A stretch of DNA of 64,000 nucleotides from Azolla caroliniana (taxonomy: Eukaryota > Plantae > Polypodiophyta). The position numbers and the translations under genes are program-made. The DNA lies in NCBI GenBank assembly GCA_043228905.1, contig JBHGNT010000010.1:14818001-14882000 (forward strand), read 5' to 3'. The first letter of the stretch is position 1, and each line of letters starts with the position of its first letter. Below are positions 21,278-34,006 of the stretch, piece after piece. The notes under the pieces are model-generated. The model saw only the letters and a list, made by a program, of their open reading frames with translations. It did not search any database and was not told the origin of the DNA.

Positions 21278-21559
21278 AGAGTGAAAATATGTTGTAACCG
21301 TTTGTAGGCAAAGGACTCAAGGTCGTTACCTTGATATTCTTATTTGTACATTCCTCTTACAGTTAGTGATATATTTTGGAGTTTGTGGACTCCCGTGGTT
21401 TTTCCCTCTTAGGATTTTCCATGTTAAAAACATTGGGTCTTTGTACTTTAGTTTTCCATCTTCTTTTATTTTTCTATCGTTACGATCTTTGCACCCTCAT
21501 TTGCACATAAGATAACCGGTTGTGGCCGGTTGATCCTCATCAGTCTTCACTTCATCTCA
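17680..21559 (+). mobile_element. 3' part of a degenerate Tork-like copia (integrase-RT-RNase H, PPT, 3' LTR 20996-~21559)
   Basis: LWHKRLCHM, LELVHTDVC, LLLYVDDML and HSRTKHI fragments. PPT GAAGGGTGAG precedes TGTTAGG at 20996. Internal ~490-bp duplication. Confidence 0.85.
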
Positions 21560-22932
21560 AGAACTGATGTCTTTCGTACCCCCGACAATCGAAAGATATT
21601 CACACCATTGGGCTCTTTTGCTGATTTTGTTGCATGCGTCGTGTGCTTGATTCCAATCGGATACTAGACCAATGGGTGTAGTCCAGTCTTCAAGGAATGC
21701 GACTAATTTTTCTCGATAGGATCGGTCTGATGCCTTCAAGAATAATATGACCTTCTCCAGTTCCAAAAGAGTTATTTATGTCGTTGTTAATTTGTTATAA
21801 CGAGCTTCAAATTAATTCAACAACTCCATCACCGAAATCTTCTTGTCCTCTTTGTTCACCCAATCTACGAAACTCCTCCTTGATGCTCGGATTGTATCAC
21901 CAAGCATGTATTCATTAATAAAGCTTGTTCGAATGCAATCCAATCATTAAAACTTGTTGCAAGTTCAAAGACACTATTTCTCATAGGGAGTTCAACCATC
22001 CTCACAAAATTCATTTGAGCAATGTTGGTTTAACCCTTTACTTCCCATCTCAGTAATATATACTTGTAAGAATTTTTTACCTTCAAAGAGACCTATTTTC
22101 TCGATTGATTCGTTGGTTGCATGTTCTTGGGTTTGCATCATTCTTTCAATCATTTGCAGCACCACGTTGATTTGTGGCTCCACAACGACTTCTTGGTTTA
22201 TTCGTGGCTCCGAGACTACTTGTTGGTTCTCCATCTCTCTTAACTTCCCTAGTTCACATCGAATTCGCCACAGTGATGTTGATCACAGCATACACGTGCA
22301 ACAGAAAACAAAATTGTGAATCCTGGAAGTAAGCACCGGGCTTCTTGTCAAAGAAAGAGGAGAAACCAAATAGCTTGTATTGATAATTCCAAGATGATTA
22401 TTATAGTATTTCTTGCATATCTAATTACAATAGTATTTCTTGGCTATCTTATTACAATCGTATTTCACGTCTATATTCCCCCTTTGATAAGATTACTCAC
22501 CCCCCCTTCTATACATGAGGAAGGTGGGTGAATGACTTCAAGTGTCACCCATGCCTAAGAGGCATCTACATTAATTTGTAGTGGGTAATAGCTTTTATAG
22601 CTAAAATTCCTGATAGTGATAATAGCAAAAATGTGTTGATAATAGGTATTTAGCTTTAAAAGTGGGTAATAGCTTTAATATCTAAAATACCTTATAATGA
22701 TAATAGCAAAATGCGTTGATAATAGGTATTTAGCTTTAAAGTATTTTACTCAGTATTATGTTTTTCATAGATTCAACTAGTTATTTACACATAATATTAT
22801 AATCATGTGGCGACCGGTTCTTATCAAGTTATTAGATTTTGCTTAGCTAAACAACCATTAACAAATATTTGAATTAGTTCGTATAATTTGGTAGAGGTTA
22901 TTTTCTCATCGTGGCACAAAAACGTCATGACA
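21560..22932 (-). mobile_element. Degenerate LTR element, probably Ty3/gypsy: LTR-like 22346-22932 plus gag-like relic
   Basis: TGTCA...TGACA-bounded segment abuts a copia RNase H at 22933. Broken ORFs 21992..22234 and 21557..21766 look like a gag N-terminus. No tRNA PBS recognised. Confidence 0.5.
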
Positions 22933-23720
22933 ACGTTCCGACCGATCGGCAGGTGGTCGACATCTTCACCAAACTTCTTGGACTCAACAAGTTGTGGCAA
23001 TTCTCGAGCATGCTTGGGTTGTAGCACCTCGATGTGTCAAACTAGAGGGGGAGAGTCGAGGGGACAACTGAAAGAGCTGAGAGAACATAAGGGAGCAAAT
23101 CGGCGAAGGGGAGACCAGCAAATTGGGGGAGCAACGGAGAATATGAGCTAGAGTCGGAGCCAACCAAAGGCAAGGGGAGAGCCGATGGTGAAGTAGAATT
23201 GGAGACAACCAATTCGGATAAGGGAAATGATTTGATCGAGCCGAATCATGTAAGCATCGGACGGGTCGAAGGGCGCCGAAGCCGTAGAGGTGGAAAGAAG
23301 GTCGACGAAGGCCTAAGGAGCAGACAAGCCAATTGAACAAGTCAAGGTGTGCAGGACCGAACGGGTCGAGGAGCACAAGCCAGGAGGTGCCGGAGCGAGG
23401 GACCGACTGGAGCGAACGACAACTTGAAGTTGAGCTTGAGGGGGAGTGTTGTGTGACAAGCTCAACATGGGTTGAATCAGCTAAAGGCTGAAAGGCCAAG
23501 TCAAATGAAGAAGTCGATAGCCGTATTGGTTGAGGAGGATCGGTTGAAGAAGTCGATAGGCCGTTAGGGGCCTACATTCCTATTTTAGTAATAGGAATAT
23601 AATAGGCAATTAGTGTTAGATGCTCACTTATGAGCATTTAGGTACTTGTTAGTACTTGTGTCATCCCACTGTGAGGGGCTTGTATAAAAAGTGCTCATTG
23701 AGTATGGTATAATGTACGAA
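22933..23720 (+). mobile_element. 3' end of a copia (family D-like): RNase H tail, 3' UTR, PPT, partial LTR from 23447
   Basis: VPTDRQVVDIFTKLLG, then GAGGGGGAG followed by TGTTG at 23447. The LTR resembles 15814-16273 only at family level. Confidence 0.75.
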
Positions 23721-26700
23721 GCGCCATTGTTTTGAATCGATTTTAAAACAAATCGGGTGGATTCGATGGTTCACATGGGTGTGATGGAAGGAATGTGTGC
23801 GGTCAATTTGGTAGGCAAAAGATGAATGACCCTTTGCTTTGTGCAAACCTTATGGATTTGTTGTATAATGAGATAGTATATGAATAAAAGGGAAGTGGGA
23901 AATCCTGATTAAGAAGGCCCTCATCATAAGTTATAATAACCACTTCACTCATGCCATGTTTTGGCACGTACTATAGCATCTATTAGTTTTTGTTTTTTTT
24001 TTTGTTTTTTTGGAGGGGGGGGATGTCCTAATTTGGCATGTGTAAAGGGAGAAAGGTGCTTAAAAGTGACGTTTTACAATAGACAATAGATTGACATTTT
24101 GGGCAAATGCGATCACCATAAACAAGGGAACTCACCGTCAAGTTTGTGGGTTTTGGGATTCCAGCATAAATGCATATACATGGGCATATATTTTGCCGAA
24201 GGGGATTACCCATGCAAGGTAAGGACACGTGCAAGATCAAAAACAAAAGTTATTGTGCATGTTAAAAGAGAGAATGTTATTCTTATTTGATAAAAGACCT
24301 CTTGAAAGCTATACAATAATCAAGGATCTCATTTCAAGTTCAAGTGTAAATGTAGATACATAGACATACATTTGCTAAAACAGAGACACACAAATAAAAG
24401 ATTAAGGACAAGCCTATGCTCAAAAGAAAAAGGGATGATGCATATCTGGAAACAGAGCTTCTGAAAGATAAACAGTAAGGGAGCTCATTGTCAGTTTTGT
24501 AAGTTTCGAAATTTGAATGCCCATGCTTTATCAACTAATTGATGATAGGGCAGTAAATCACAAGGGTGTGTAGGAGGTTGGTGATGACCAAGGCATGTAG
24601 TCGTTGATCAGAGGCTCACCATGCCCAAACTCAAAGATATCCTCCCAATGTTCTTGTATCCTTAATCTTCAAAGCCTAAAGGGCTTTCAAATTATGTACA
24701 TTCTAGTTAATTTAATTTATGTTGCTAAACTTATAATTGTATATGATTTATGACAATGATTCTCCTTTTAGCCATATTCTTGCTTAAATTCATAAGTGAT
24801 ATTGCATCATGCAAGAAACGACAAGTGAATAGGGGGAAGGAGAACTTCCTTGGTCGCAAGCAAGTTGATCATGTAGGCTTGACATGAAGGACATCTTTGC
24901 TTGGGGCCTCACAAGTGAAAATGTTTCTTTTCCTATGGAACCTATGGAGATGTACTTTTGCAAAGGCCGAACGGGTTACTCATCATCTACAAAAGTTTGA
25001 CACAAAAAAAGTGCTCAATAAGGCTATCTTAGAGAAGAACACACTTGTGTCCTTGTGGGACGCATACAAATTCACCATCACATTTATAACAAACACACAT
25101 ACCCACACATTGCACCAATTCATTTTCACATAAATGCATATCCACATACACAACCATCACAAATTCCAACACATATAGTCACTGAGTACAAATACATTAT
25201 TCCACGCACAGGGGTGTGTGTTTACAAGTATGCCTGTGTTAATCAAGAAAAGAAGCTTGATCTAAAAACACACAAAGGAGTGCTAACTCGTTTGTGAACT
25301 CTTGGAAACCTTATGCACCAATGCCATTAGAGCTACCTTACCTGGTTTGGATCTTCGATAGTTCCACTCTACATTTCACAAGCATGCATGAGTTTACGCA
25401 ACTCCGGATCTTTGAGATTTTACCCACCAAACTTGCCAACATGCATTAGGCATTAGGCCTACTATTGCTCTTATCACCATGTTTTTTATGTCAACAAACA
25501 CATATAAACACACTACATCTTTGTAACGTTGTCACTTGTGTGCCAAGTAAAAATAATAATTTGCCTCACATTATAAACCTTCTAATTTTTTTGTTTTGCT
25601 ATAATTTAAATTTTTTAGCTTTAAAATTCCTAGATGCACACATATCTCCTAATAGGTTATTGTTTTTAAATAACTTCAAGAAGTAAATGATCACTTAATG
25701 TCTATAATTATATTTAGACATTAATGATGTATAATGGTGTTATGTACTTTTTGTGCCTATAGTTAGATTATACATGGTTAATGATCTCAAAATAAATTCA
25801 TACCAAATGTTAAATGTGATTATTGAAATTTGAAATATTGCAGTCTAAACTTCTTCAAAAACTTTGATACTTAAGGTTAGTATAAATATTCAAAGCTAAA
25901 AGTCAAAATGCATAGAATTGAAGTATTTGATCTACTTCCAGCATAAAGTATGCATCAGTGATGTTTAATTGCTATCAATGCATGCAATTGGAAGCCCACC
26001 ACCACAAATACATCAATTTCAGCGAGGTTGTCAATGATTAGGCACCAAGAAGTTATTAATTGAGTGTTCACTTTACGGTAGATGAAGATATCATACATGT
26101 ACCCCTCCCCCCTTCTCATTGATGGGGACTATCTTCCATTTTGCACACTTTGTAAGAAATTAAAATAAAATACAAAAATCTACATAAATGTAAAGAAACT
26201 AACCTCAACTTTTTCCACATCTATCAATATCATTTTTCCCCATTTAATTTGAGCAAGGCTTTACAAACCGGTTCAAATTCAAGGATTTCAATGAGATTCA
26301 TAGGTGGATCCTACCATATATGTATCATTCGTCGAAGTAGGGTTCAAATGTAAGTTAGCATGTATGCATTCTTAATTTGGTCACAATCACATATAGCCAT
26401 CATCCACGACAGATTGAGATTGTGGGAATCCAAATAGGACCCAACAACTTAAAAGCCAATGGTTAATTACATGGATGATATGAACCAAGGGTTTTAGTAT
26501 AGTTTCTAAATGTCTAGAAATGAGTAAAGAGGAATATGAACTGGACACACACCTAACAACACAACTGTAAAATGTCGAGTGGAGCACTAGACATCTATCG
26601 AAATAACAAGCAAACATATAGTATAAACTTATAAAGATTGTAAGCACTTCCACCAATTTTTAGTTGGTAGATAAAACCTAAGAATAGGGTACATTGTATT

Positions 26701-28914
26701 CAAATGAAAGATATAACTCTTGGTTAAACTATATAAGATAGACAATTAAGTGAAAAGCAATTTATGTTCCGACTTTTAGAGTTATTATGCTTATGTGTTC
26801 TATAAGCTATGGTGGTCACTTTTTGGAAGTCAATTGGAAATACAAAAACCTAGAGTTCATAATGATACCATGCAAATACTTCACTCAATACATGTTATGT
26901 TCAATAAGCATGTCAATTGTACGTTTAGCCAATGATGTTTTTGGGCTTGCTAAACAATTCAGTTTGTTTTCTTTTGACACGAATCTATCTTTAAGTAGCA
27001 TGTAATCATTTTCTATCATTTAATGCTTTGTTCTTGCTCTTCCATACAATGACTTGCTTCTTCCCTTGAGTCTCAAACAACTTCTATCATTATTAGTTCT
27101 TTGTTTTCTGATTGGTTGCTAGCCATGTTTAGGAAGTTTGAGCAGTTGGCAACAATGGGGAGTTATTCTCTATGTATTATTTACACCACTTAATTTAATT
27201 ACACTGGTCCTCATTTTTATTTGTACAATTTGCATATTTCTTAGTTAGACTATACAATAAGACATTACAACCAAGTATTACCACTACACAAGTAATGTTC
27301 AAGAAACCTTACAATCCCAAATCCATGTGAGAGTTGAGCCACCAACACATTACTAGATGTTTTCAACTGTCGCCTTGCGCACAAGGCCGCCTCATTTTGG
27401 ACAAGACAATCTTCCATACTCAAACATTTGAAAACTCATTATGAATGTTGATATCTTGACCCCTCCATCAGGTACTTTCTCGAAGACAATAAATGAAAGT
27501 AAGACAAGGTAAATGACTCACACCGGAAACCAAACATTTTTGTGCCTAGATGTCCCAAACCATCAATTTCATTTCAACAACCAAGGAAGTTTAGTTAAAG
27601 CAGGAGGATGGGGATGAGAACCGAGACTGAATTAATCGATGAATTAAACAATTTAATAGAAGGGAGAAATTCCCTAAAAATTAATAAGAGATGAAGAGAA
27701 GAGAGACATTGTTGGTTTAGGTCTTCAACACAATGAGATCACGAGTTCCATAACTCCATGGAGGTAGATGTGTAAGGCTTGTCATAAGTAGCAATTCATT
27801 TCGCATTTCATTATTGAGTGGATGTGTTGATGAGTGGATGTGTTGATGTCTTTATGTTTATTGTGTATTGCAAGAATGTGTATCATAATGTTTCGCCCTT
27901 CGGATTAGAATCGACAAGAAGAGGTCACCAATCAAGGGTAGTTGTTGATCAGCAGAAGTAGACTTTTGCTTGTGTAAAGCTTGGTGCTTGATTTTGATTA
28001 ACAAATATCCAAGTGGAGTTTCTAGGCAGATATATCATTCTAAGTAGTCATGACATTCTTATTTTAGGTTTTAGCAAACACATTTACAAAGCAATGTTCT
28101 TTGTGTCTGATTTTAGAAGACTCTTTTAAGTTAGGAGTTTCATGGTTCCTTTGTTCTTGAGAAGTGTTTCCTACTCCCTTTTGGCCAATGCTACAATTTC
28201 ACCATAACGTATAATCACATTAGTTTTTAAAAACAATATGTCACGCATGGGAATATAAAAAATCAGAGGAATAAGTCTTAGGAATCACAAAGGTTTTATC
28301 TAACAAGGAATGTAGATGATGGGAAAAGAAAGATAAATGTGCATGCAGTTACGAGGTGAAGCTACAAAGCATGATTGAGGGTTGGAATCTCATTTCCTAA
28401 CAACCCTAACATCTTGAGAACAGGGCACACAAGGTCCAATGTGAGGTAGAGGGTCACGTCATGATAACATCGTCATAAGAAGAATAAAGCTTGATATAAG
28501 CAAACCATGTTAAGGTCAAGGTCCATGTATAATTTGTTATAAGCCTTCACCATCTCATAGAAAAAGAGAATGCTTAAACATGATCGTGTTATAATTTATT
28601 TTTGTAAATATTGCTCACTAAGAGGTCCTCTTCATACGTATATGGGTGCTTTTTAATAGAATTTCACTATCTTCTATGTGATTTAGAATTATGTACATAC
28701 ATATACATTTATACGCCCTTTTGTATCCTCCTTGAAAACATAGGAGGATGGGTGATCACATCATTTAGTGCACAATTGTCAAACTAAGAATAAAAAGCAG
28801 TTTAGAACGCGTATAATAAATATGAAATTAAATATCAAAAACTTTATGAAATATACATTTAATAGTTCGACTTGTAGATATAAATGAGTTAAGCATGCAC
28901 CATGTTTCTAGGCA

Positions 28915-29943
28915 ACTAATAGGTTACATATCACAACATGGCAATTAATTGTGAGTTATAACCAATAATGCAATTGCCGATGTGAGCTAAATGATAGGCA
29001 AGGGTCTTGAAACAAGTAAATTGTTTGAAATAGATTGTTTGTCAATCATGTTGCTACATTTTATCTAACAAGTTTTAATAAAGCAAATGCGAGGGCATGA
29101 ACATACTCTTCCAAAGGGGTCTTTTGAGCTTTAACCTATGGAAAGAAGAAAACCCCATAAAATGAAATGTAAGCAATCAAAACAATGTTGGCCCATGAAA
29201 CTTCAAAGCTCCCTTACAACCCATACTTGCAAGTGCGCAAGTAATTAGGCACATGCCAATGGAAATTTGTGACTATAGGTTACATATCACAACATGGCAA
29301 TTAATTGTGTGAGTTAAAACCAATAATGCAATTGATGTGAGCTAAATGATAGGCAAGGGTCTTGAAACAAGTAAATCGTTTGAAATTGATTGTTTGTCAA
29401 TCATGTTCCTACATCTTATCTAATAAGTTGTAATAAAGTGAATCAGAGGGCCTGAACACACTTTTCCCAAAGGGGTCTTTTGAGCATTAACCTATGGAAA
29501 GGAGGAAACCATAAAATGAAATGTAGGCAATCAAAACAATGTTGGCCCAAGAAACTTCAAAGCTCTCTCTTACAACCCATACTTGCAAGTGCGTAAGTAA
29601 TTAGTCACATGCCAATGGAAATTTGTGACTAATAGGTTACATATCAAAACATGTCAATTAATTGTGAGTTAAAACCAATAATGCAATTGTTGATGTGAGC
29701 TAAATGATAAGCAAGGGTCTTGAAACAAGTAAATTGTTCGAAATAGATTGTTTGTCAAGCATGTTCCTACATCTTATATGTAATAAGTTGTAATAAAGAG
29801 AACGTGAGTGCATGAACACTCTTTTCCAAAGGGGTCTCTTGGGCTTTAATTTAACCTATGGAAAGAAGGAAACCCATAAAATGAAATGTAAGCAATCAAA
29901 ACAATGTTGGCCCAAGAAACTTCAAAGCTCTCTTACAACCATA
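28915..29943. repeat. Tandem repeat, ~3 copies of ~357 bp
   Basis: ATAGGTTACATATCA recurs at ~28919, ~29275 and ~29632 with collinear downstream sequence. Confidence 0.9.
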
Positions 29944-32534
29944 AATTTCCTAAGTGCGACATATATAACTTAAAATAAAGCCCCTTAGTAATCCTAAGTA
30001 TAAAAGAAAGTTTTAGAAGGTACGTTACATGTTAGAGAAAATAAATTTTTTTAATTTGGTTCATAGAACCTTCCTCGTACATTGAAGTGGCACATTTGAT
30101 GCCAACATAGAATTTCTTAATTTAAACCATCCATAACGTTTGTGTGTCTTCTATCATCTAGGTTGATTCTTTCAACAACAATGATTTCCTTAAACTCATG
30201 TAGTGTCTGATAGTCTTGTGCCTTGAGCGCTATAATTAACTAATTCTAGAGTTGATGGAGCGTGGTATGCTATTGTGTCTTGAATGGATCACGTCATATT
30301 GTATAGGATTCTAGTGCTTTGTGGGTATGTTGAATCAATGTCTGTAAATGAATTCATTGCAATCATAAGTAAGGCACACATTGTCAATATTCTACTACCT
30401 CCAAACGTTAAGGTTTTCTCTTGGAGAGGGAATAATCCTCAAGGAGTTTTGTTGGCTAGTTCTCAATCATGCAAAATAATAATATCTAATGGCTCATACA
30501 AATCTAATGTAGTTTGAATTTGAAACTTCTAGAGGTTGTGGTATCATCAGCCTTCACCTTAATGAAGACTTGTGGTCACATCCACATTCTACTTACTATA
30601 TGTACATGTAGAAGCTTGATCCATGATTCTTCATTTGCACTTGCTTTTCACCTTGACTCCATCATGACCCATCTCCATGACCACATCCTTCCTTGATCCA
30701 TAGTTTTTTAATGTCCATTTCTCTTATTAGGTATTTGTACATCAATTAGGCATATGACATAATTGAGCTTAGAGTGATTTGACACATGTATGTAAAGAGA
30801 AATAGAGCAATAGGAGAAAATTCGGTCACATTAAAATAACTAGATATAATGGCTCCATGTTGAATGAATCTATGTTTCTCATTAATGATTCATGACAATG
30901 GAGCTACATCTCAATGTGGTGTACCTAAATTGCTACTTCCTCACTCTACAAGAGTGAATTGAGCTTTCTCATGTGCTCATTGATGAATAAATTTCTCTTG
31001 AACTTGGATGCATTATGAACAACTTTTGGTGGTATGGTTTAAAGTCGTGTCGATGTGCTTCTTAGTGCATATGATTCCTTACTTGGATGCCCTCTTTTGA
31101 GCAAACGTTTTTAAACTTAGGTGATTGCATCTTTCACTATATGTTCACCCATAAAATGCCAATAAGTTACACTATATTAAGACAAAGTCGTACAAAAAAA
31201 TCATGGATTAAACACTAAAAACAATATAGGGTTAGAGTATCAAAAAATAACTATGATTTGTTGAAATCATAATAACATCCCTAATAATATGATGATAAGA
31301 CATTGTGATTTTTATATGGTAAAATTTCTCCCCATCTTGTTCAACAATATTGTAAGGTTACCAAGTTGTTAGATACACATTGATTCACCATGTAAAGATC
31401 ATTATTAACATGGAAAGAAAGAGCTCATATGAATCATAAGTCACTACATTCGATTTTTGTAAATAACCATTCATTCACTTCGTATTAGGTCATCTAATTG
31501 TAGAGAACTAATGCAAATCAATCTCTCTCACCACAGAAACAACATATACATGTGTAAGTGTTAGGAGAAAGATATCCCACTTGTTTGCAAAGGGTGCATA
31601 GGGAAGCATTTGAGCATAAGAAATATGGTCGCAAAGCCCTACATGTGTGTAGGATGTGACCATGCATGGGGTATGTCACCACACGTGAGTGTTCACATGC
31701 ACACGAACGCACACACATATTGGATGGGCAAGTTGTGAAAATGTGCCATATTACTCATACGTAGCATGGGGTTGGATACAAGAACCACAGTAGGATGAAG
31801 TGACCAACGGGAAATTGACAATTAATGTGTCATAAAGTGCACGATTGCTTGTGGTGGTAGGTACAATGGATCAACACAAATAAACAATTTACAAACATCC
31901 AAATACCTTTTTGTGTCTACCTTGATAAGATAGTTGAATCTTGCTTTTATCTTCTCAACCTGTTTGTGTTCTCGGGCGTGAAGTTAACACGACATAGGAT
32001 AGATTATCACACATTTTCATGCACAATGGTCAAACCAAGCATGAATGTTTTTTTAGAGCCTTTTCTATATAATAAATGTGAAATTAGATCTTCGATCCGA
32101 AACTTTATGTAATGTACATTTAATGACACGACTTTGTAGATATGTATGTATATATGGTAGCTAAAGGAAGGTGCATGATGTTTTTGGCTAACCAATGCAA
32201 TAAAAAGTTGCGGTACTTAAACATAGCAATGAAGTGTGGCATCCTCGAGTCATAAACCCAACGATGCAGGTGTCGTCATGAGCAAAAAAACAACTATAGC
32301 CACAGGGGAATGGGGTGGGGGTTCTTGATAGGATTACTAAACATCACACGAATAGTTTGCCCCTGGAATTGACAACAGCCCCCGAATCTAATAACAAGGC
32401 CAACGTTGCGAGAAAGGAGAAAAAAAAAAACACGAAGCCCAAGCGGTCGCCGTCCAAAAAGTGTCTTCCTATGTTATGGAAAGAAGGTGTTGGTGAATTA
32501 AACGGAAAAGAAAGAAACACAAGAAAAGGACAAA

Positions 32535-33025
32535 CATACACACACAAACATATATACACATAGTTACATACATACCATACAATCACACACACATACATAG
32601 CAATACATACATACACACATAGCAATACATACGTACACACATACATAGCAATACATACGTACACACATATCAATACATACGTACACACATACATACGTAC
32701 ACACACATACATACATACATACGTACGTACGTACACACATACATACATAGCAATAGATGCATACATACATACATAACAATACATACATACATACATACAT
32801 ACAACATACAGACATACATACATAGCAATACATACATACATACATAACATACATGATCATCAAGAAGGGAAGATCTTTGCAACTAACCAACCCACGTGAG
32901 AAAAAAAAAATGTCATCAAAAGCGCATCTTGATAAAGTTTAAAACTTTTATGTATTCTTCATGCACACACATAGATACATGCATGCATACATACATACAT
33001 ACATACATACATACATACATACATA
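32535..33025. repeat. Compound (TACA)n/(CA)n microsatellite
   Basis: Directly visible. It produces the spurious MYVC ORFs. Confidence 0.9.
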
Positions 33026-33225
33026 AAGAATGATAGTGTTCTGTTTCTGTTTTGGCTCCATTAGGTTGTTGTATAATTAGCTCTGTGATAGAATAGAATA
33101 GAATAGAACAGAATAATGTAGTATAGGTTGGGGATCAATAAAGGCCCGAATTGAGAGGGATGGGGGGGTTAAGGATATTAGGGTTTCATTTCAAAAGGTT
33201 CAGTTACAGAGGCATATACATATGC

Positions 33226-33227
<2 letters not shown>

Positions 33228-33275
<48 letters not shown>

Positions 33276-33358
33276 ATTAGAGCATAAATTAGGGTTTTAT
33301 GTGGGTGCTTTTTTGCTTTTTCTAGTGCGAAGAGAAGCTTTTAGTTAACTAATTTACG

Positions 33359-33400
<42 letters not shown>

Positions 33401-33496
33401 TTTTCTTTTACAGTGAAGGTTTCAGTTACAGTGAATGAGAGCTTCGGCTGAGACAAACAGAGAGTATGTACACAAAGACACAGGGGTCTAGAAGTC

Positions 33497-33541
<45 letters not shown>

Positions 33542-33604
33542 TGCTTCCTCTGTTCTTTCCATTTGCCGTACACTGAGGAGAGAGAAAGACATAGGGGGAG
33601 AGCT

Positions 33605-33640
<36 letters not shown>

Positions 33641-33683
33641 TACACTCTATCTATCTCATGCTTTGATCATCGTCATCATCATC

Positions 33684-33723
<40 letters not shown>

Positions 33724-33790
33724 TTCTTTCTCTTATTACTGCCGTTAAATTACAAAGAAACCTCTCTCTCTCTCTCTCTCTCTCTCTCAG
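33228..33790 (+). promoter_or_regulatory. Cluster of (GA)n then (CT)n tracts in the putative RopGEF promoter/5' UTR
   Basis: Four (GA)n runs (33229, 33364, 33498, 33608) and two (CT)n runs (33688, 33762) lie within 800 bp of the ATG. A regulatory role is inferred. Confidence 0.45.
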
Positions 33791-34006
33791 AAAGACAACT
33801 TCTTTAGCACTTCATTTTTGTTCAATTTCCTCCACAATCCTCTGTATTTTTAGCCCCCCCTGGAAACATTCCTGTCTTCCCCCCCCCCCCCCCCCCCCCA
33901 AATCCATCAAGGTTATTACCTTCCACATCCCCTGTTTCTATTAGCTCTAACTCTGAACCCAAATTCATCAAAGTTTGTTCCATATCTTCGTCAATTCAGA
34001 TGTGAG

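Noticed and set aside
22984-23499. 171-aa antisense ORF as an env-like or extra gene
   Set aside because: It spans the RNase H tail, 3' spacer and LTR on the wrong strand, has no recognisable motif, and is not matched in the family-B element.
15814-23720. One single copia bounded by LTRs at 15814 and 23447
   Set aside because: The LTRs match only in blocks, the right one is truncated and no TSD can be shown.
23720-32500. Additional host genes or TE ORFs in the AT-rich island
   Set aside because: Only short ORFs without motifs or convincing splice structure. Highly decayed relics cannot be excluded without a homology search.
32344-32890. MYVC-repeat proteins
   Set aside because: These are translations of a (TACA)n microsatellite.
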